A stretch of 64,000 bases of DNA, from contig NC_134025.1 of NCBI RefSeq assembly GCF_964204645.1, positions 31,948,788 through 32,012,787 of the forward strand. Reading direction: 5' to 3'. Numbering within the stretch: position 1 is the first letter of the stretch; each line of letters starts with the position of its first letter. The notes under the pieces are model-generated. The model was not told the DNA's origin, made no database searches, and saw only the letters and a program-made list of their open reading frames with translations. This stretch comes from Tubulanus polymorphus. Lineage: Eukaryota; Animalia; Nemertea. Positions 1 through 12,169 of this stretch are shown here, piece by piece. A program made the position numbers and the translations under genes.

Positions 1-3000
1 GGACTCGATCTTAAATGATAGGTTAAGGTAAACTGAACTGATTTCGAGTAGATGGACTGAAAGATACAGATTTATCTTGCAAAATAGGGTCCTAAAGATG
101 ATGAATTCTATCTTAATTGTTGGGTTAGGGTGTACTGAACTGATGTTCAATAGATTGGTTGAAAGATTCAGAATTTTCTGACTACTTATACTTCTGAAGT
201 TGATTGATTCAATCTGAAAAGATGGGTTAAGGCGTATTGAACGGATTTCAAATAGATGGGTGGAAAGATTAAGAATTTTCTGGCTATTTATGCTCCTGAA
301 GATGATGGACTCGATCTGAAATGATAGGTTAAGGTAAACTGAACTGATTCCGAGTAGATGGGATGTAAGATACAGATTTTTGTTGCAAATTAGGGTCCTA
401 AAGATGATGAATTCTATCTTAATTAATGGGTTAGGGTGTAATGAACTGATGTCCAATAGATAGGTTGAAAGAATCAGAATTTTCTGGCTGCTTTTGGTTC
501 TGAAGATGATGGATTCAATCTGAAAAGATGGGTTTAGGCGAATTGAACTGATTTCAAATAGATAGGTGGAAAGATTCAGAATTTTCTGGCTATTTATGCT
601 CCTGAAGATGATGGACTCGATCTGAAACGATAGGTTAAGGTAAACTGAACTGATTTCGAGTAGATGGACTGAAAGATACAGATTTTTCTTGCAAAATAGG
701 GTCCTAAAGATGATGAATTCTATCTTGATTGATGGGTTAGGGTGTACTGAACTGATTTCAAATAGATAGGTTGAAAGAATCAGAATTTTCTGGCTGCTTT
801 TGGTTCTGAAGATGATGGATTCAATCTGAAAAGATGTGTTAAGGCGTATTGAACTGATTTCAAATAGATAGGTGGAAAGATTTAGCTTTTTCTGGGTACT
901 GATGCTCCTGAAGATGATGGACTCGATCTGAAATGATAGGTTAAGGTAAACTGAACTGATTTCGAGTAGATGGACTGAAAGATACATATTTTTCTTGCAA
1001 AGTAGGGTCCTAAAGATGATAAGTTCTATCTTAATTGATTGGTTAGGGTGTACTGAACTGATTTCAAATAGATAGGTGGAAAGATTAAGAATTTTCTGGC
1101 TATTTATGCTCCTGAAGATGATGGACTCGATCTGAAACGATAGGTTAAGGTAAACTGAACTGATTTCGTGTAGATTGACTGAAAGATACAGATTTTTCTT
1201 GCAAAATAGGGTCCTAAAGATGATGAATTCTATCTTAATTGATGGGTTAGGGTGTACTGAACTGATTTCAAATAGATAGGTTGAAAGAATCAGAATTTTC
1301 TGGCTGCTTTTGGTTCTGAAGATGATGGATTCAACCTGAAAAGATGTGTTAAGGCGTATTGAACTGATTTCAAATAGATAGGTGGAAAGATTCAGAATCT
1401 TCTGGGTACTTATGCTCCTGAAGATGATGGACTCGATCTGAAATGATAGGTTAAGGCAAACTGAACTGATTTCGAGTAGATGGACTGAAAGATACAGATT
1501 TTTCTTGCAAAATAGGGTCCTAAAGATGATGAGTTCTATCTTAATTGATGGGTTAGGGTGTACTGAACTGATTTCAAATAGATAGGTTGAAAGAATCAGA
1601 ATTTTCTGGCTGCTTTTGGTTCTGAAGATGATGGATTCAACCTGAAAAGATGTGTTAAGGCGTATTGAACTGATTTCAAATAGATAGGTGGAAAGATTCA
1701 GAATCTTCTGGGTACTTATGCTCCTGAAGATGATGGACTCGATCTGAAATGATAGGTTAAGGCAAACTGAACTGATTTCGAGTAGATGGACTGAAAGATA
1801 CAGATTTTTCTTGCAAAATAGGGTCCTAAAGATGATGAGTTCTATCTTAATTGATGGGTTAGGGTGTACTGAACTGATTTCAAATAGATAGGTGGAAAGA
1901 ATCAGAATTTTCTGGCTGCCTTTGGTTCTGAAGATGATGGACTCAATCTGAAAAGATTGGCTAAGGCGTATTGAACTGATTTCAAATAGATAGTTGGAAA
2001 GATTAAGAATTTTCTGGCTATTTATGCTCCTGAAGATGATGGACTCGATCTTAAATGATAGGTTAAGGTAAACTGAACTGATTTCGAGTAGATGGACTGA
2101 AAGATACAGATTTATCTTGCAAAATAGGGTCCTAAAGATGATGAATTCTATCTTAATTGTTGGGTTAGGGTGTACTGAACTGATGTTCAATAGATTGGTT
2201 GAAAGATTCAGAATTTTCTGACTACTTATACTTCTGAAGTTGATTGATTCAATCTGAAAAGATGGGTTAAGGCGTATTGAACGGATTTCAAATAGATGGG
2301 TGGAAAGATTAAGAATTTTCTGGCTATTTATGCTCCTGAAGATGATGGACTCGATCTGAAATGATAGGTTAAGGTAAACTGAACTGATTCCGAGTAGATG
2401 GGATGTAAGATACAGATTTTTGTTGCAAATTAGGGTCCTAAAGATGATGAATTCTATCTTAATTAATGGGTTAGGGTGTAATGAACTGATGTCCAATAGA
2501 TAGGTTGAAAGAATCAGAATTTTCTGGCTGCTTTTGGTTCTGAAGATGATGGATTCAATCTGAAAAGATGGGTTTAGGCGAATTGAACTGATTTCAAATA
2601 GATAGGTGGAAAGATTCAGAATTTTCTGGCTATTTATGCTCCTGAAGATGATGGACTCGATCTGAAACGATAGGTTAAGGTAAACTGAACTGATTTCGAG
2701 TAGATGGACTGAAAGATACAGATTTTTCTTGCAAAATAGGGTCCTAAAGATGATGAATTCTATCTTGATTGATGGGTTAGGGTGTACTGAACTGATTTCA
2801 AATAGATAGGTTGAAAGAATCAGAATTTTCTGGCTGCTTTTGGTTCTGAAGATGATGGATTCAATCTGAAAAGATGTGTTAAGGCGTATTGAACTGATTT
2901 CAAATAGATAGGTGGAAAGATTTAGCATTTTCTGGGTACTGATGCTCCTGAAGATGATGGACTCGATCTGAAATGATAGGTTAAGGTAAACTGAACTGAT

Positions 3001-3995
3001 TTCGAGTAGATGGACTGAAAGATACATATTTTTCTTGCAAAGTAGGGTCCTAAAGATGATAAGTTCTATCTTAATTGATTGGTTAGGGTGTACTGAACTG
3101 ATTTCAAATAGATAGGTGGAAAGATTAAGAATTTTCTGGCTATTTATGCTCCTGAAGATGATGGACTCGATCTGAAACGATAGGTTAAGGTAAACTGAAC
3201 TGATTTCGTGTAGATTGACTGAAAGATACAGATTTTTCTTGCAAAATAGGGTCCTAAAGATGATGAATTCTATCTTAATTGATGGGTTAGGGTGTACTGA
3301 ACTGATTTCAAATAGATAGGTTGAAAGAATCAGAATTTTCTGGCTGCTTTTGGTTCTGAAGATGATGGATTCAACCTGAAAAGATGTGTTAAGGCGTATT
3401 GAACTGATTTCAAATAGATAGGTGGAAAGATTCAGAATCTTCTGGGTACTTATGCTCCTGAAGATGATGGACTCGATCTGAAATGATAGGTTAAGGCAAA
3501 CTGAACTGATTTCGAGTAGATGGACTGAAAGATACAGATTTTTCTTGCAAAATAGGGTCCTAAAGATGATGAGTTCTATCTTAATTGATGGGTTAGGGTG
3601 TACTGAACTGATTTCAAATAGATAGGTTGAAAGAATCAGAATTTTCTGGCTGCTTTTGGTTCTGAAGATGATGGATTCAACCTGAAAAGATGTGTTAAGG
3701 CGTATTGAACTGATTTCAAATAGATAGGTGGAAAGATTCAGAATCTTCTGGGTACTTATGCTCCTGAAGATGATGGACTCGATCTGAAATGATAGGTTAA
3801 GGCAAACTGAACTGATTTCGAGTAGATGGACTGAAAGATACAGATTTTTCTTGCAAAATAGGGTCCTAAAGATGATGAGTTCTATCTTAATTGATGGGTT
3901 AGGGTGTACTGAACTGATTTCAAATAGATAGGTGGAAAGAATCAGAATTTTCTGGCTGCCTTTGGTTCTGAAGATGATGGACTCAATCTGAAAAG
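1..3995 (+). repeat. 2040-bp (20-monomer) higher-order repeat, about 2 tandem copies
   Basis: Lines starting at 1 and 2041 are nearly identical, including rare variants (gatcttaaat, gatttatcttgc, gatgttcaatagattgg, gggatgtaag). The match breaks near 3998 (gattgg vs gatggg). Confidence 0.93.
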
Positions 3996-6900
3996 ATGGG
4001 CTAAGGCGTATGGAACTGATTTCAAATAGATAGGTGGAAAGATTAAGACTTTTCTGGCTATTTATGCTCCTGAAGATGATGGACTCGATCTGAAATGATA
4101 GGTTAAGGTAAACTGAACTGATTTCGAGTAGATGGACTGAAAGATACAGATTTTTCTTGCAAAATAGGGTCCTAAAGATGATGAATTCTATCTTAATTGT
4201 TGGGTTAGGGTGTACTGAACTGATGTTCAATAGATTGGTTGAAAGATTCAGAATTTTCTGACTACTTATACTTCTGAAGTTGATTGATTCAATCTGAAAA
4301 GATGGGTTAAGGCGTATTGAACTGATTTCAAATAGATAGGTGGAAAGATTAAGAATTTTCTGGCTATTTATGCTCCTGAAGATGATGGACTCCATCTGAA
4401 ATGATAGGTTAAGGTAAACTGAACTGATTCCGAGTAGATGGGATGTAAGATACAGATTTTTGTTGCAAATTAGGGTCCTAAAGATGATGAATTCTATCTT
4501 ATTTAATGGGTTAGGGTGTAATGAACTGATGTCAAATAGATAGGTTGAAAGAATCAGAATTTTCTGGCTGCTTTTGGTTCTGAAGATGATGGATTCAATC
4601 TGAAAAGATGGGTTTAGGCGAATTGAACTGATTTCAAATAGATAGGTGGAAAGATTTAGAATTTTCTGGCTTTTTATGCTCCTGAAGATGATGGAATCGA
4701 TCTGAAATGATAGGTTAAGGTCAACTGAACTGATTTCGAGCAGATGGACTGAAAGATACAGATTTTTCTTGCAAAATAGAGTCCTAAAGATGACGAATTC
4801 TATCTTAATTGATGGGTTAGGGTGAACTGAACTGATTTCAAATAGATAGGTGGAAAGAATCAGAATTTTCTGGCTTCCTTTGGTTCTGAAGATGATGGAC
4901 TCAATCTGAAAAGATTGGCTAAGGCGTATTGAACTGATTTCAAATAGATAGTTGGAAAGATTAAGAATTTTCTGGCTATTTATGCTCCTGAAGATGATGG
5001 ACTCGATCTTAAATGATAGGTTAAGGTAAACTGAACTGATTTCGAGTAGATGGACTGAAAGATACAGATTTATCTTGCAAAATAGGGTCCTAAAGATGAT
5101 GAATTCTATCTTAATTGTTGGGTTAGGGTGTACTGAACTGATGTTCAATAGATTGGTTGAAAGATTCAGAATTTTCTGACTACTTATACTTCTGAAGTTG
5201 ATTGATTCAATCTGAAAAGATGGGTTAAGGCGTATTGAACGGATTTCAAATAGATGGGTGGAAAGATTAAGAATTTTCTGGCTATTTATGCTCCTGAAGA
5301 TGATGGACTCGATCTGAAACGATAGGTTAAGGTAAACTGAACTGATTCCGAGTAGATGGGATGTAAGATACAGATTTTTGTTGCAAATTAGGGTCCTAAA
5401 GATGATGAATTCTATCTTAATTAATGGGTTAGGGTGTAATGAACTGATGTCCAATAGATAGGTTGAAAGAATCAGAATTTTCTGGCTGCTTTTGGTTCTG
5501 AAGATGATGGATTCAATCTGAAAAGATGGGTTTAGGCGAATTGAACTGATTTCAAATAGATAGGTGGAAAGATTAAGAATTTTCTGGGTACTTATTCTCC
5601 TGAAGATGATGGACTCGATCTGAAACGATAGGTTAAGGTAAACTGAACTGATTTCGTGTAGATGGACTGAAAGATACAGATTTTTCTTGCAAAATAGGGT
5701 CCTAAAGATGATGAGTTCTATCTTAATTGATGGGTTAGGGTGTACTGAACTGATTTCAAATAGATAGGTTGAAAGATTAAGAATTTTCTGGCTATTTATG
5801 CTCCTGAAGATGATGGACTCGATCTGAAATGATAGGTTAAGGTAAACTGAACTGATTTCGAGTAGATGGACTGAAAGATACAGATTTTTCTTGCAAAATA
5901 GGGTCCTAAAGATGATGAGTTCTATCTTAATTGATGGGTTAGGGTGTACTGAACTGATTTCAAATAGATAGGTTGAAAGATTAAGAATTTTCTGGCTATT
6001 TATGCTCCTGAAGATGATGGACTCGATCTGAAATGATAGGTTAAGGTAAACTGAACTGATTTCGAGCAGATGGACTGAAAGATACAGATTTTTCTTGCAA
6101 AATAGGGTCCTAAAGATGATGAATTCTATCTTAATTGATGGGTTAGGGTGAACTGAACTGATTTCAAATAGATAGGTGGAAAGAATCAGAATTTTCTGGC
6201 TGCCTTTGGTTCTGAAGATGATGGACTCAATCTGAAAAGATGGGCTAAGGCGTATTGAACTGATTTCAAATAGATAGGTGGAAAGATTAAGAATTTTCTG
6301 GCTATTTATGCTCCTGAGGATGATGCACTCGATCTGAAATGATAGGTTAAGGTAGACTGAACTGATTTCGAGTAGATGGACTGAAAGATACAGATTTTTC
6401 TTGCAAAATAGGGTCCTAAAGATGATGAATTCTATCTTAATTGATGGGTAAGGGTGTACTGAACTGATTTCAAATAGATAGGTTGAAAGAATCAGAATTT
6501 TCTGGCTGCCTTTGGTTCTGAAGATGATGGACTCAATCTGAAAAGATGGGCTAAGGCGTATTGAACTGATTTCAAATAGATAGGTGGAAAGATTAAGAAT
6601 TTTCTGGCTATTTATGCTCCTGAAGATGATTGACTCGATCTGAAATGATAGGTTAGGTAGACTGAACTGATTTCGAGTAGATGGACTGAAAGATACAGAT
6701 TTTTCTTGCAAAATAGGGTCCTAAAGATGATGAGTTCTATCTTAATTGATGGGTTAGGGTGTACTGAACTGATTTCAAATAGATAGGTTGAAAGATTAAG
6801 AATTTTCTGGCTATTTATGCTCCTGAAGATGATGGACTCGATCTGAAATGATAGGTTAAGGTAAACTGAACTGATTTCGAGTAGATGGACTGAAAGATAC

Positions 6901-9900
6901 AGATTTTTCTTGCAAAATAGGGTCCTAAAGATGATGAGTTCAATCTTAATTGATGGGTTAGGGTGTACTGAACTGATTTCAAATAGATAGGTTGAAAGAT
7001 TAAGAATTTTCTGGCTATTTATGCTCCTGAAGATGATGGACTCGATCTGAAATGATAGGTTAAGGTAAACTGAACTGATTTCGAGCAGATGGACTGAAAG
7101 ATACAGATTTTTCTTGCAAAATAGGGTCCTAAAGATGATGAATTCTATCTTAATTGATGGGTTAGGGTGAACTGAACTGATTTCAAATAGATAGGTGGAA
7201 AGAATCAGAATTTTCTGGCTGCCTTTGGTTCTGAAGATGATGGACTCAATCTGAAAAGATGGGCTAAGGCGTATTGAACTGATTTCAAATAGATAGGTGG
7301 AAAGATTAAGGATTTTCTGGCTATTTATGCTCCTGAAGATGATGGACTCGATCTGAAATGATAGGTTAAGGTAAACTGAACTGATTTCGAGTAGATGGAC
7401 TGAAAGATACAGACTTTTCTTGCAAAATAGGGCCCTAAAGATGATGAATTCTATCTTAATTGATGGGTTAGGGTGTACTGAACAGATTTCAAATAGATAG
7501 GTTGAAAGAATCAGAATTTTCTGGCTGCTTTTGGTTCTGAAGATGATGGATACAATCTGAAAAGATGTGTTAAGGCGTATTGAACTGATTTCAAATACAT
7601 AGGTGGAAAGATTAAGAATTTTCTGGCTATTTATGCTCCTGAAGATGATGGACTCGATCTGAAATGATAGGTTATGGTAAACTGAACTGATTTCGAGCAG
7701 ATGGACTGAAAGATACAGATTTTTCTTGCAAAATAGGGCCCTAAAGATGATGAATTCTATCTTAATTGATGGGTTAGGGTGAACTGAACTGATTTCAAAT
7801 AGATAGGTGGAAAGAATCAGAATTTTCTGGCTGCCTTTGGTTCTGAAGATGATGGACTCAATCTGAAAAGATGGGCTTAGGCGTATTGAACTGATTTCAA
7901 ATAGATAGGTGGAAAGATTAAGAATTTTCTGGCTATTTATGCTCCTGAGGATGATTCACTCGATCTGAAATGATAGGTTGAGGTAGACTGAACTGATTTC
8001 GAGTAGATGGACTGAAAGATACAGATTTTTCTTGCAAAATAGGGTCCTAAAGGTGATGAATTCTATCTTAATTGATGGGTAAGGGTGTACTGAACTGATT
8101 TCAAATAGATAGGTTGAAAGAATCAGAATTTTCTGGCTGCTTTTGGTTCTGAAGATGATGGATTCAATCTGAAAAGATGTGTTAAGGCGCATTGAACTGA
8201 TTTCAAATAGATAGGTGGAAAGATTAAGAATTTTCTGGCTATTTATGCTCCTGAAGATGATGGACTCGATCTGAAATGATAGGTTAAGGTAAACTGAACT
8301 GATTTCGAGTAGATGGACTGAAAGATACCGATTTTTCTTGCAAAATAGGGTCCTAAAGATGATGAATTCTATCTTAATTGATGGGTTAGGGTGTACTGAA
8401 CTGATTTCAAATAGATAGGTGGGAAGATTAAGAATTTTCTGGCTATTTATGCTCCTGAAGATGATGGACTCGATCTGAAATGATAGGTTAAGGTAAACTG
8501 AACTGATTTCGAGCAGATGGACTGAAAGATACAGATTTTTCTTGCAAAATAGGGTCCTAAGGATGATGAATTCTATCTTAATTGATGGGTTAGGGTGAAC
8601 TGAACTGATTTCAAATAGATAGGTGGAAAGAATCAGAATTTTCTGGCTGCCTTTGGTTCTGAAGATGATGGACTCAATCTGAAAAGATGGGCTAAGGCGT
8701 ATTGAACTGATTTCAAATAGATAGGTGGAAAGATTAAGAATTTTCTGGCTATTTATGCTCCTGAAGATGATGGACTCGATCTGAAATGATAGGTTAAGGT
8801 AAACTGAACTGATTTCGAGTAGATGGACTGAAAGATACAGATTTTTCTTGCAAAATAGGGTCCTAAAGATGATGAATTCTATCTTAATTGATGGGTTAGG
8901 GTGAACTGAACTGATTTCAAATAGATAGGTGGAAAGAATCAGAATTTTCTGGCTGCCTTTGGTTCTGAAGATGATGGACTCAATCTGAAAAGATGGGCTA
9001 AGGCGTATTGAACTGATTTCAAATAGATAGGTGGAAAGATTAAGAATTTTCTGGCTATTTATGCTCCTGAGGATGATGCACTCGATCTGAAATGATAGGT
9101 TAAGGTAGACTGAACTGATTTCGAGTAGATGGACTGAAAGATACAGATTTTTCTTGCAAAATAGGGTCCTAAAGATGATGAATTCTATCTTAATTGATGG
9201 GTAAGGGTGTACTGAACTGATTTCAAATAGATAGGTTGAAAGAATCAGAATTTTCTGGCTGCCTTTGGTTCTGAAGATGATGGACTCAATCTGAAAAGAT
9301 GGGCTAAGGCGTATTGAACTGATTTCAAATAGATAGGTGGAAAGATTAAGAATTTTCTGGCTATTTATGCTCCTGAAGATGATTGACTCGATCTAAAAAG
9401 ATAGGTTAGGTAGACTGAACTGATTTCGAGTAGATGGACTGAAAGATACAGATTTTTCTTGCAAAATAGGGTCCTAAAGATGATGAGTTCTATCTTAATT
9501 GATGGGTTAGGGTGTACTGAACTGATTTCAAATAGATAGGTTGAAAGATTAAGAATTTTCTGGCTATTTATGCTCCTGAAGATGATGGACTCGATCTGAA
9601 ATGATAGGTTAAGGTAAACTGAACTGATTTCGAGTAGATGGACTGAAAGATACAGATTTTTCTTGCAAAATAGGGTCCTAAAGATGATGAGTTCTATCTT
9701 AATTGATGGGTTAGGGTGTACTGAACTGATTTCAAATAGATAGGTTGAAAGATTAAGAATTTTCTGGCTATTTATGCTCCTGAAGATGATGGACTCGATC
9801 TGAAATGATAGGTTAAGGTAAACTGAACTGATTTCGAGCAGATGGACTGAAAGATACAGATTTTTCTTGCAAAATAGGGTCCTAAAGATGATGAATTCTA

Positions 9901-11965
9901 TCTTAATTGATGGGTTAGGGTGAACTGAACTGATTTCAAATAGATAGGTGGAAAGAATCAGAATTTTCTGGCTGCCTTTGGTTCTGAAGATGATGGACTC
10001 AATCTGAAAAGATGGGCTAAGGCGTATTGAACTGATTTCAAATAGATAGGTGGAAAGATTAAGAATTTTCTGGCTATTTATGCTCCTGAGGATGATGCAC
10101 TCGATCTGAAATGATAGGTTAAGGTAGACTGAACTGATTTCGAGTAGATGGACTGAAAGATACAGATTTTTCTTGCAAAATAGGGTCCTAAAGATGATGA
10201 ATTCTATCTTAATTGATGGGTAAGGGTGTACTGAACTGATTTCAAATAGATAGGTTGAAAGAATCAGAATTTTCTGGCTGCTTTTGGTTCTGAAGATGAT
10301 GGACTCAATCTGAAAAGATGGGCTAAGGCGTATTGAACTGATTTCAAATAGATAGGTGGAAAGATTAAGAATTTTCTGGCTATTTATGCTCCTGAAGATG
10401 ATTGACTCTATCTGAAATGATAGGTTAGGTAGACTGAACTGATTTCGAGTAGATGGACTGAAAGATACAGATTTTTCTTGCAAAATAGGGTCCTAAAGAT
10501 GATGAGTTCTATCTTAATTGATGGGTTAGGGTGTACTGAACTGATTTCAAATAGATAGGTTGAAAGATTAAGAATTTTCTGGCTATTTATGCTCCTGAAG
10601 ATGATGGACTCGATCTGAAATGATAGGTTAAGGTAAACTGAACTGATTTCGAGTAGATGGACTGAAAGATACAGATTTTTCTTGCAAAATAGGGTCCTAA
10701 AGATGATGAGTTCTATCTTAATTGATGGGTTAGGGTGTACTGAACTGATTTCAAATAGATAGGTTGAAAGATTAAGAATTTTCTGGCTATTTATGCTCCT
10801 GAAGATGATGGACTCGATCTGAAATGATAGGTTAAGGTAAACTGAACTGATTTCGAGCAGATGGACTGAAAGATACAGATTTTTCTTGCAAAATAGGGTC
10901 CTAAAGATGATGAATTCTATCTTAATTGATGGGTTAGGGTGAACTGAACTGATTTCAAATAGATAGGTGGAAAGAATCAGAATTTTCTGGCTGCCTTTGG
11001 TTCTGAAGATGATGGACTCAATCTGAAAAGATGGGCTAAGGCGTATTGAACTGATTTCAAATAGATAGGTGGAAAGATTAAGAATTTTCTGGCTATTTAT
11101 GCTCCTGAAGATGATGGACTCGATCTGAAATGATAGGTTAAGGTAAACTGAACTGATTTCGAGTAGATGGACTGAAAGATACAGACTTTTCTTGCAAAAT
11201 ACGGCCCTAAAGATGATGAATTCTATCTTAATTGATGGGTTAGGGTGTACTGAACTGATTTCAAATAGATAGGTTGAAAGAATCAGAATTTTCTGGCTGC
11301 TTTTGGTTCTGAAGATGATGGATACAATCTGAAAAGATGTGTTAAGGCGTATTGAACTGATTTCAAATAGATAGGTGGAAAGATTAAGAATTTTCTGGCT
11401 ATTTATGCTCCTGAAGATGATGGACTCGATCTGAAATGATAGGTTAAGGTAAACTGAACTGATTTCGAGCAGATGGACTGAAAGATACAGATTTTTCTTG
11501 CAAAATAGGGCCCTAAAGATGATGAATTCTATCTTAATTGATGGGTTAGGGTGAACTGAACTGATTTCAAATAGATAGGTGGAAAGAATCAGAATTTTCT
11601 GGCTGCCTTTGGTTCTGAAGATGAAAGACTCAATCTGAAAAGATGGGCTTAGGCGTATTGAACTGATTTCAAATAGATAGGTGGAAAGATTAAGAATTTT
11701 CTGGCTATTTATGCTCCTGAGGATGATGCACTCGATCTGAAATGATAGGTTGAGGTAGACTGAACTGATTTCGAGTAGATGGACTGAAAGATACAGATTT
11801 TTCTTGCAAAATAGGGTCCTAAAGGTGATGAATTCTATCTTAATTGATGGGTAAGGGTGTACTGAACTGATTTCAAATAGATAGGTTGAAAGAATCAGAA
11901 TTTTCTGGCTGCTTTTGGTTCTGAAGATGATGGATTCAATCTGAAAAGATGTGTTAAGGCGCATT

Positions 11966-12067
11966 GAACTGATTTCAAATAGATAGGTGGAAAGATTAAG
12001 AATTTTCTGGCTATTTATGCTCCTGAAGATGATGGACTCGATCTGAAATGATAGGTTAAGGTAAACT
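11966..12067 (+). repeat. Representative monomer type A (102 bp)
   Basis: gaactgatttcaaatagataggtggaaagattaagaattttctggctatttatgctcctgaagatgatggactcgatctgaaatgataggttaaggtaaact; followed by type B wherever I checked. Confidence 0.97.
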
Positions 12068-12169
12068 GAACTGATTTCGAGTAGATGGACTGAAAGATAC
12101 AGATTTTTCTTGCAAAATAGGGTCCTAAAGATGATGAATTCTATCTTAATTGATGGGTTAGGGTGTACT
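12068..12169 (+). repeat. Representative monomer type B (102 bp; carries an EcoRI site and GGGTTAGGGT)
   Basis: gaactgatttcgagtagatggactgaaagatacagatttttcttgcaaaatagggtcctaaagatgatgaattctatcttaattgatgggttagggtgtact; 25 differences from A and 26 from C in a manual gap-free alignment. Confidence 0.97.
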
